Shown one piece after another: positions 26,462 through 33,423 of a stretch of DNA of 33,423 nt. The translations under genes and the position numbers were made by a program. Within the stretch, counting starts at the first letter, position 1; each line of letters begins with the position of its first letter. The DNA is from Candidatus Bathyarchaeia archaeon (GTDB taxonomy: Archaea; Thermoproteota; Bathyarchaeia; Bathyarchaeales; Bathycorpusculaceae). Location of the stretch: assembly GCA_038883795.1 (NCBI GenBank), contig JAVZLK010000016.1, forward strand, positions 1 to 33,423, given 5' to 3'. The notes beneath the pieces are model-generated. The model made no database searches and was not told the DNA's origin. It was given only the letters and a program-made list of their open reading frames with translations.

Positions 26462-27607
26462 ATGAGGGGTGTTGTTGTTTATTACTCCGCGAGTGGTAAT
26501 ACCCGTATTATTGCTAAAGCCATCCACCGTGGCATGAGCAAGATTATTGAGGCCGACATCTTCTCTGTTAAGGATGTTAGTCCGCGGATAATGGCAACAT
26601 ATGATTTGATAGGTATCGGCTCACCAGTATGGTTCTTCCGTGAGACTGCTAATATTAAGCGCTTTATCTATAATATGCCCAGAATGGACGGAAAATATTG
26701 TTTTATGTTCTGTACGCATGCAGAAGCCCCGTTCTGGATATTTACCTCGATGGCATCAACTCTTCAAAAGAAAGGCTTAACCGTTATCGATTGGGCAGAC
26801 TGGTATGGTGCGTCAAATATAGTTGCTCATATGCCTTGCCCAAGCCCGACTCATGGGCATCCTGACGAGGTAGATACCCGAGAAGCAGAAGATTTTGGTC
26901 GAAAAGCTGCTGAAAGGTTCCTGCAAATTGTTTCTGGTAGAACAGATTTAATACCAAAAATACCCAAAGGTAGAGAGGCACCCATGCAGTTCAAACCGCA
27001 TCCAATAGGGGAACCATTTCCTGGCACTCGATTGATAAGAAAGATAGACGTTAATAAATGTAGATATCCTTGGTGTAAATTATGTTTTGATATTTGCCCT
27101 GTTAAAGCTATAGATCCGTCAAAGAACCCTCCCATTTTTAGGGCAGACGCGTGTTGGAACTGTTCGTTGTGTAATAGACTGTGCCCGGTTGACGCGATAA
27201 AACTAGAACCGGAAGAAGTTGCGAGACGTTTAAGGCCTCAGTACGCTATAGATCTTTCTAAATGCACTTTTCCAGAATGCAAGTTGTGTGTTGAAAATTG
27301 TCCAATGGACTCAATAGACTTTACAACTAGGCCGCCAACATTCAAATATAACTGTGAGGGATGCGACTTATGCTGGGCTATATGTCCAAGTGGAGCGGTG
27401 GAAATAAAAAATTTGGCGGAGACTCATGGATTAATGGTTGAGAGAATGGAAAAGAGAGAAGGGGAACATGAATTCTTAAAGTTATTGGCCGAGGCCGAAG
27501 CTAAAGGGCGGTTCAGGCGATTAATACCAATTGAGAAAATAGACTGGACTAAACCGTTGTATAAGATCCAGAAGATTCCGCGTTTTATGCCTCCAGAGGA
27601 CCCTTAG
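26462..27607 (+). CDS. Flavodoxin domain fused to four [4Fe-4S] motifs (flavodoxin-polyferredoxin, EFR1-like)
   Basis: YYSASGNT FMN loop and YDLIGIGSPVW, then CRYPWCKLCFDICP, CWNCSLCNRLCP, CTFPECKLCVENCP and CEGCDLCWAICP. Confidence 0.87.
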   Translation: MRGVVVYYSASGNTRIIAKAIHRGMSKIIEADIFSVKDVSPRIMATYDLIGIGSPVWFFRETANIKRFIYNMPRMDGKYCFMFCTHAEAPFWIFTSMASTLQKKGLTVIDWADWYGASNIVAHMPCPSPTHGHPDEVDTREAEDFGRKAAERFLQIVSGRTDLIPKIPKGREAPMQFKPHPIGEPFPGTRLIRKIDVNKCRYPWCKLCFDICPVKAIDPSKNPPIFRADACWNCSLCNRLCPVDAIKLEPEEVARRLRPQYAIDLSKCTFPECKLCVENCPMDSIDFTTRPPTFKYNCEGCDLCWAICPSGAVEIKNLAETHGLMVERMEKREGEHEFLKLLAEAEAKGRFRRLIPIEKIDWTKPLYKIQKIPRFMPPEDP

Positions 27608-27682
27608 ACATTGTAAAAGATTATTATTAGAAACAACAGCCTTATTTTTTATTAAACCAGTAGATTATTACGGTAAGATGTT

Positions 27683-28579
27683 ATGAAATTTGGGATAAGT
27701 CATTCTCCTTTCCAATGGTGGACTAATAGTAGGCAACTTGAAGAATGGGTATTAAAAGTCGAGGAAATGGGATATGATGGACTTTTTGTTCCAGACCATT
27801 ATAGTCTCCCCTTATCACCTAAAAATCAATTAGTCGTGGATGCTTGGACCACCATCGTTTATATAGCGGCTAAATCTTCAAAAACTAGGATAGGAAGCAT
27901 CGTTACACCAGTGCCGAGATGGATCCCTAGCCAGTTGGCCAAAATTATCGCCTCTGCAGACATTTTATCAAATGGTAGAATCATAGCAGCGTTAGGCGCT
28001 GGTTGGTGTAGGGATGAATTTGTAAACTACGCCCCAAAAGGCGCTTTTGATTTTGACAATCCAAAAATCAGATTTGAGAAATTCCTCGAGGGTACAGAAA
28101 TTATGATCAAATTATGGACCGAGGAAAGTGTAACCTTTAAAGGAAAATATTATACATTAGAAGACGCTGTGCTTTACCCAAAACCCGTTCAGAAGCCTTA
28201 TCCACCTCTCTGGTGTGGTGGTCATCGGTCACAAATGATAAAGGCTGCAGCAAAATACTTTGACGGATGGATACCGTCTAAATTTGAGTTACCCGCAAAT
28301 TTTGGTTCATCATCTTCTACAATCACCTGCTCTGAGCAGTATAGAAGTCTCAAGAATAAAATTACAGAATATCTTCAAAAGTTCGGTAGGGATGTAAATA
28401 AGTTTACTTTTGGTCTTCTAGGCGAGATGCCTAGTGTTGAGTTACTTGAGAAATATAGGGACGCCGGGTGCCAATACTACGTATTCGATCTTGTTCCTCC
28501 GGGAAAACCAGTACCAAGTACACCTCAATGCATCGAGATAACAAAAAAGTTTGCTAAAGAAATTATTTCCTCTTTTTAA
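27683..28579 (+). CDS. Luciferase-like (LLM) flavin- or F420-dependent oxidoreductase
   Basis: GYDGLFVPDH, RIGSIVTP, LAKIIASADILSNGR..LGAGW..EF, PKPVQKPYPPLWCGG and DGWIP. Confidence 0.9.
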   Translation: MKFGISHSPFQWWTNSRQLEEWVLKVEEMGYDGLFVPDHYSLPLSPKNQLVVDAWTTIVYIAAKSSKTRIGSIVTPVPRWIPSQLAKIIASADILSNGRIIAALGAGWCRDEFVNYAPKGAFDFDNPKIRFEKFLEGTEIMIKLWTEESVTFKGKYYTLEDAVLYPKPVQKPYPPLWCGGHRSQMIKAAAKYFDGWIPSKFELPANFGSSSSTITCSEQYRSLKNKITEYLQKFGRDVNKFTFGLLGEMPSVELLEKYRDAGCQYYVFDLVPPGKPVPSTPQCIEITKKFAKEIISSF

Positions 28580-28701
28580 TTATCTGTGGCATTAATACTA
28601 TAAGCCTGGTTGCTCCACTTATACTCCGGTTAATTCTCTACAATGCACTCCTAGGTAAGTTTTAAATAAATTAATTATTGCAAAAAGAAACGGTGGTAGA
28701 A

Positions 28702-30669
28702 ATGTTTGATCATGTTTTTTCTCCTTTTAAGGTAAGGCATGTTGAACTTAAAAACAGAGTTGTAATGGCGCCTGTGGGCCATTGTTTGGCTTCCCCTAAT
28801 GGTTATGTTACGAGGGAGTTAATTGAATATTGTAAGAGATTGGCTAAGGGCGGGGCCGGGGTGATAGTTTTACCAGACAGTCCTGTAGATTTTGAGTATA
28901 GCAGGATGCCCGAATATCAACTGAACCTAGGCGACGATGGAATTATTGGTGGGCTAAGTTTACTTATCGAGGTGATCCATAGGTATGGGGCTAATGCGTC
29001 TATTCAGGTGAATCACAGCGGCAGGGTCGCTGATCCTAATATAATTCGTAAAGACCCAATAGCTCCATCTCCCATATCTCCAAAAATCGAAGATAAATGG
29101 CTTAGACAATTTTTCCCAAAAATGGGTTATAAAGTTGTTGAAATGACATATGAGCATATTAACACGGTTATACGTAGCTTTGCTGATGCATGTTATCGCT
29201 GTTTACGTGCGGGATTTGAGATGGTGATGATTCACGGGGCTCATGGTTGTCTTCTCGCCCAATTTGCCTCACCATATACGAATAGAAGAAGCGATTACTA
29301 TGGAGGTGACTTGGAGGGGAGGGCAGCATTTATCCTTGAGGTACTAGATGCCATTAGGTCAAAGGTGGGAAATAACCTTGTTCTACAGTATAGGATAAGT
29401 GCTGAAGAACTCGTGCCCAACGGGATGACCATAAATGATACAATAGACTTCATTAAGCTTATAGAGGATAAAATAGATATATTACATATATCAGCTGGCA
29501 TAGTATCTAACCCAGAGACCATATTTAAGGGTTTTGTCCCTGTTTTTCAGTCGCGAGGAGTGCATGTTAAATACGCTGAAAAAATAAGAGAAAACGTAAA
29601 AGTTCCACTTGCAGTTGTCGGTAACATGGACATAGAGTTAGCTGACAAATTAATAGGTGAAGGCATTATTGACTTAGTGGATATTGCTCGTCCCATATTA
29701 GCAGACCCGGATTACGTGAATAAACATATGGTGGGGAAGATTGATGATATAAGACCATGTGTAAGATGTAACTATTGTGGTTATAGGGTTAACCAAATGC
29801 TTCCAATAAGATGCTCAGTCAATCCAACCCTTGGAAGAGAGATAGAATATCCAGATATTCCGCCTGCAAAAGTTAAGAAGAAAGTAGTAGTTATCGGAGG
29901 CGGCCCCTCAGGATTAGAGGCTGCTTTAATAGCTGCTGAGAGAGGACACAAAGTCATCCTTTATGAGAAAGAGGAGAATCTTGGTGGAAACCTTAAGTGT
30001 GCGGCAGTACCGTCATTCAAAGGTGATCTAAAAAGTTTTCTAAATTGGTTAGTGAATAAGGTCACAAAGAACCCCAACATAGAGGTCCTGTTATCTACGG
30101 AGGCAACTCCTGAAAAAGTTAGAAATGAAAGCCCTGACGTAATTATTGTCGCAATTGGTTCTGAACCAGTCTATCCTCAGATTGAAGGAGCAGATAAAAA
30201 TAACGTTGTTTGGGCTGGAGATGTATTGCTTGGAAAAGCTGAAGTAGGCGAAAGAATTGTAATGTATGGTGTAAACTATGAAGGATGTGAGTCTGCATTG
30301 TTCGTGGCGCAGCAAGGAAAAAAGGTTGTATTAATCGATAACATAAATCCTCAACAAGTGCTTATGGACGTTGATGCGGCGATTAAAGCAGCCTTGTTAA
30401 GTATCTTACATCAGTATAATGTTAAATTTATACTAGAAGCCTGTATAAGGCAGATTACAGAGAACGAGCTTGTAGTGCTTGATAAGCATCGCTCTCAGCT
30501 TAGAATACCATTTGACACTTTTGTGTTTTCATTAGGCATGAGACCAAAGCCGGGTGCTGAGAATTATCACAGGCTATCAAGTGAAGTTTATATGGTTGGA
30601 GACTGTGTAAAACCCGGCAGATTAAACGATGCTATTCACCAAGCATTTAATGTAGCGGTTGAATTATAA
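28702..30669 (+). CDS. NADH:flavin oxidoreductase, OYE/enoate reductase class (FMN barrel, 4Fe-4S, FAD domain); Fcr/BaiCD-like architecture
   Basis: LKNRVVMAP, RLAKGGAG, IHGAHGCLLAQFASPYTNRRSDYYGG, CVRCNYC-x11-CSVNP and VVVIGGGPSG. ATG 28702 follows GGTGG (track start TTG 28678). Confidence 0.92.
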   Translation: MFDHVFSPFKVRHVELKNRVVMAPVGHCLASPNGYVTRELIEYCKRLAKGGAGVIVLPDSPVDFEYSRMPEYQLNLGDDGIIGGLSLLIEVIHRYGANASIQVNHSGRVADPNIIRKDPIAPSPISPKIEDKWLRQFFPKMGYKVVEMTYEHINTVIRSFADACYRCLRAGFEMVMIHGAHGCLLAQFASPYTNRRSDYYGGDLEGRAAFILEVLDAIRSKVGNNLVLQYRISAEELVPNGMTINDTIDFIKLIEDKIDILHISAGIVSNPETIFKGFVPVFQSRGVHVKYAEKIRENVKVPLAVVGNMDIELADKLIGEGIIDLVDIARPILADPDYVNKHMVGKIDDIRPCVRCNYCGYRVNQMLPIRCSVNPTLGREIEYPDIPPAKVKKKVVVIGGGPSGLEAALIAAERGHKVILYEKEENLGGNLKCAAVPSFKGDLKSFLNWLVNKVTKNPNIEVLLSTEATPEKVRNESPDVIIVAIGSEPVYPQIEGADKNNVVWAGDVLLGKAEVGERIVMYGVNYEGCESALFVAQQGKKVVLIDNINPQQVLMDVDAAIKAALLSILHQYNVKFILEACIRQITENELVVLDKHRSQLRIPFDTFVFSLGMRPKPGAENYHRLSSEVYMVGDCVKPGRLNDAIHQAFNVAVEL

Positions 30670-30719
30670 AGATTCTAAAGCTATCCTTTATTATTCATTC
30701 ATTTTTAGAAATTTAGTTT

Positions 30720-31592
30720 CTACTTGAACGATGGTATTACCTCTTCTGCAAATCTCCGTATTGCATCTATCTTATCCTTTGGATGAGATAAAATTGTAGT
30801 AATATCAATCACATAGTGTTGGCATCCGGCACGCACATACCGCTCGATGAGATTTATGTCATCATTTATCCATCCCAAAATGGCAAAAGTAAACTTATCC
30901 ACGCTTCGATTGTATTCTTGTAAATATTTTTTAATGACCTTCACCATACCTTCATATCTTTCTGGTGTAAGAACTCTTTCGCCATTGGGACGAGAACGGG
31001 GCGGTATCCAAGCATCGAAGTATTTTGCGGCTATTTTTAACATGGGGGCGCTCATTCCTCCAAGCCATAATGGTGGATGTGGTTTTTGTTTAGGTTTTGG
31101 AAGGAGAATCGCATCTCTAAGCCTATAATATTTTCCGTTAAATGTCACTTTATATTCGTGCCACAGCCTAATTATAATCTGAAGCCCCTCTAGAAATCTT
31201 CTTGTTCTCAGCTTTGGTTCATCAAGGTAACCTTGAGGAGAGTAATTGATGAATTCCTCGCGATACCATCCTGATCCGAATCCGGCTATGACTCTTCCCT
31301 CAGAGAGCACATCAACCATAGATATTATTTTGGCTATTTGACTAGGAATGTATCTAGGTATAGGTGTTACACATGATCCAATCCTTATTCGCTCAGTTAT
31401 AGCCGCCGTGAATGCTAATGTGGACCACGTATCCAATAAAGCGTTGGAAGGGAAATCTGGTGTCGGCAGATTGTAATGATCTGGAATAAAAATTGCATCG
31501 TACTCATGCCTTTCAATCTCAGATACCCATAGCTTAAAATTTTCAATACATCCCCACCAAGGATGTGGAGATGGAGATATACCAAATTTCAT
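30720..31592 (-). CDS. Luciferase-like (LLM) flavin- or F420-dependent oxidoreductase; paralog of 27683-28579
   Basis: MKFGIS start matches the paralog (track start ATG 31613); YDAIFIPDH, RIGSCVTP, DVLSEGR..GSGW..EF and PKPKQKPHPPLWLGG. Confidence 0.9.
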   Translation of the reverse strand: MKFGISPSPHPWWGCIENFKLWVSEIERHEYDAIFIPDHYNLPTPDFPSNALLDTWSTLAFTAAITERIRIGSCVTPIPRYIPSQIAKIISMVDVLSEGRVIAGFGSGWYREEFINYSPQGYLDEPKLRTRRFLEGLQIIIRLWHEYKVTFNGKYYRLRDAILLPKPKQKPHPPLWLGGMSAPMLKIAAKYFDAWIPPRSRPNGERVLTPERYEGMVKVIKKYLQEYNRSVDKFTFAILGWINDDINLIERYVRAGCQHYVIDITTILSHPKDKIDAIRRFAEEVIPSFK

Positions 31593-31752
31593 GAGGTCCA
31601 CTTCGTGCCTCATTAAGTTTGGTCTTTTTGTAGTCTTAAATTAATTAAAGTAAAGCAGTATTTAAATAAATGGTTGAAGGTAATTAAGCCTTTGAGTTAT
31701 ATGCTTACTCTACTGATTTTTAAATTTTGAAGCAAGATTTTACGTGTGTTTA

Positions 31753-31765
31753 GAAAATATATAAA
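31753..31765 (+). promoter_or_regulatory. Putative BRE/TATA promoter of the PhlG-like gene
   Basis: GAAAATATATAAA about 37-49 nt upstream of ATG 31802. Confidence 0.45.
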
Positions 31766-31801
31766 AATATCTTTGTTGCTTTTTCATTAAAGTGGAGTAA
31801 T

Positions 31802-32425
31802 ATGAAGGTGTGGATTGACGAGAACAGTTGTGTTCACATCGATTGGGAGCTTGATGGAGTTACCTCGAGGATGTTGAATTGGTGGTGGTGTAACATGGAG
31901 AAGGGTTTTGTTCTTTGGCATCCTAAGGAGCACAAAGGGTTATACTGGATCAAAAAACCTAAACATAATAATGCGATCGGCGCCATCCATATGGCGCCGC
32001 AGATTTGGTCTGACGGTACTCTTATTAAGCCATGCATAAGGTGGGAGGATGTGGAAAATCTTCCGGAGAAGATGCAGTCGTTGATAGTGTTTGACCATGC
32101 TGTTATCGCAGCCGCTATAAGTATTACAGGAGAAAATATTGTGGAGGATGCTCCACCCCTTGGCTATAGGATCCATCAATGGGAAGCAACTGATTTTGGT
32201 GTTAGGGGCAGATCTACTGCCATCCCTACAGAGACGGAACCAAAAGAAAGATTATTAAATATATGGGCTCCACACTGCAAGGAAGAAATCAGTAACTTTC
32301 AGGAATTCCTTCCACAACTTTATAAGTTATGGAGCGTCGTTAAGGATCCCGAAATAAGTCCATACTTTTCCTTTGAGGTAATGAGAGAAGGAGGCAAATT
32401 AAAATACAGACATAAGCAAAAATAG
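31802..32425 (+). CDS. DAPG hydrolase (PhlG) / phloretin hydrolase (Phy) family C-C hydrolase, compact form
   Basis: GVTSRMLNWWW (family GVTxxMxxWW), LWHPKEH (WHPxxH) and C-terminal HCKEE (HxxxE metal ligands). Confidence 0.78.
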   Translation: MKVWIDENSCVHIDWELDGVTSRMLNWWWCNMEKGFVLWHPKEHKGLYWIKKPKHNNAIGAIHMAPQIWSDGTLIKPCIRWEDVENLPEKMQSLIVFDHAVIAAAISITGENIVEDAPPLGYRIHQWEATDFGVRGRSTAIPTETEPKERLLNIWAPHCKEEISNFQEFLPQLYKLWSVVKDPEISPYFSFEVMREGGKLKYRHKQK

Positions 32426-32841
32426 TTCGGGTATATCAATCAATTTTTATGAATTTTTTGAGCACGGTAAGTGTAGGAAATGGAAATCCGGTAAAATTCT
32501 GACGTTCATCCATCACCACTCGTGCAACCGTTACTAGACAACTTCGGCTGGCAAATGGGCAAAAGAAAAAATATGCGAAGGCCCTAACACTTAAGAAGTC
32601 TGCATGATCTAGTAAAGGCTCCAATATACACAGATGGCTATTCAATGGTGATACCGGAGCTCAAGACTTCACTTCAAGTAACAAAAAACAAGTCTAAAGT
32701 GTGCACGTTTCTTGGTTATTTCTTATTTTCTGTAAAGTTTTTCTCTCTCGTTTAGTGGCATCTAAGGGAGCGAATGTAACAATAATCAGTGGTGTGTTTC
32801 TTCAGATAGCTATGGAAACACAAGTTGCAAGGTTGTGCGAT

Positions 32842-32872
32842 TTTCAGCTTGAACTACCCGTTCAAGCTGAAA
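32842..32872. repeat. Perfect 13-bp inverted repeat with 5-nt loop
   Basis: TTTCAGCTTGAAC-TACCC-GTTCAAGCTGAAA in the non-coding gap between the cluster and the tRNA 3' end. Confidence 0.85.
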
Positions 32873-33029
32873 GAAAAAATTCATAAAAATTGATTGAACT
32901 GCAAGGAATTTTTCTCTCAATTAAAGTAAACGCTTTACTCTTTGAGATGTGAAACTTTCAGTGAGTGGTTATCTTTTGACTCATTCGCCATATCCAGCGC
33001 ACTATGTAATCTCCATCAAAACAAGACGC

Positions 33030-33105
33030 TGGTGCGGCCGCCGGGATTTGAACCCGGGTCGCCGGCTCGGGAGGCCGATGTCCTACCAGGCTAGACTACG
33101 GCCGC
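33030..33105 (-). tRNA. tRNA-Gly(CCC), intronless, CCA encoded
   Basis: The reverse complement folds as GCGGCCG-TA-GTCTAGCCTGGTAGGAC-A-TCGGC-CT-CCC-GA-GCCGG-CGAC-CCGGG-TTCAAAT-CCCGG-CGGCCGC-A-CCA. Anticodon at 33071-33069; archaeal-style sequence. Confidence 0.97.
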
Positions 33106-33181
33106 AGCTGAGCAAAAGAAGATAGCTAACCTAAACTTTTAATCGTTACTCCTCCAGAATTTGGCTAAAGAGGACTGTGTA

Positions 33182-33423
33182 ATGAGGTTCGCCAAACCTG
33201 GTGTTTACTTTTGGCAGGGAAGCGAGGCGTGCGCTGAAGCCGCGTTAGTGGCAGGGTGCCGTTTTTTTGCTGGATATCCTATAACCCCGGCAACTGATAT
33301 TGCCGAGCATTTAGCGAAGCGACTTCCACAAGTAGGCGGCATAGCAATTCAAATGGAAGATGAAATAGCCTCTATCGGAGCTGTTATAGGTGCTAGTTGG
33401 GCTGGAGCGAAGGCGATGACTAC
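33182..33423 (+). CDS. 2-oxoacid:ferredoxin oxidoreductase alpha subunit (KorA-like), 3'-truncated by window edge
   Basis: Not in the ORF track. It translates as MRFAKPGVYFWQGSEACAEAALVAGCRFFAGYPITPATDIAEHL...QMEDEIASIGAVIGASWAGAKAMT, with the YPITP and EDE motifs. Confidence 0.92.
   Translation, partial: MRFAKPGVYFWQGSEACAEAALVAGCRFFAGYPITPATDIAEHLAKRLPQVGGIAIQMEDEIASIGAVIGASWAGAKAMT

Noticed and set aside
27683-31592. LLM proteins as luciferases or O2-dependent monooxygenases
   Set aside because: The surrounding Fe-S, CCG and OFOR genes indicate an anaerobe, and archaeal LLM folds are typically hydride-transfer enzymes.
296-32179. Many short antisense or alternate-frame ORFs in the track (e.g. 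1049-1543, 2486-2872, 11180-11392, 14105-14521, 22229-22699, 23925-24326)
   Set aside because: They overlap well-supported genes and show no family motifs, so they are treated as shadow ORFs.
32436-32886. ORFs 32436-32645 and 32701-32886 as genes or integrase remnants
   Set aside because: Short, non-ATG starts, and no recognisable motif such as tyrosine recombinase residues.
1-33423. CRISPR array, transposase, defence system or prophage
   Set aside because: No regularly spaced repeats or matching ORFs. The only repeated DNA I found is explained by the duplicated ABC and LLM paralogs.

Overview
This is an archaeal-looking window. The evidence is an archaeal-type tRNA-Gly, BRE/TATA-like promoters, GGTGA/GAGGTG ribosome-binding sites with several TTG starts, split alpha/beta ADP-forming acyl-CoA synthetase genes, and class III-like signal peptides; Bathyarchaeia or a related Thermoproteota lineage is my inference. 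Positions 1-32425 are almost entirely an anaerobic catabolic gene cluster ending just downstream of tRNA-Gly(CCC). It holds two paralogous LivKHMGF-type ABC importers, an MFS transporter, an ADP-forming acyl-CoA synthetase and many flavin/Fe-S redox enzymes: two Old-Yellow-Enzyme-type NADH:flavin oxidoreductases with non-canonical active sites, two SdhA/AprA/flavocytochrome-family flavoproteins, a VAO/GlcD-type FAD protein with a CCG Fe-S partner, two luciferase-like (LLM) proteins, a nitroreductase, a Zn-dependent dehydrogenase and a flavodoxin-polyferredoxin fusion. It also holds a VOC protein and a divergent ureohydrolase. The key signal is two small ORFs that I recognise by motif: a bacterial-type (Eubacterium ramulus-like) chalcone isomerase homolog (20655-21404) and a PhlG/phloretin hydrolase family C-C hydrolase (31802-32425). 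With the OYE reductases, these match the enzyme set (CHI, Fcr, Phy) that gut anaerobes use to open the flavonoid C-ring. This suggests a possibly undescribed archaeal pathway for anaerobic flavonoid/polyphenol degradation. All family calls come from reading motifs by eye, and substrates are inferred, not shown.
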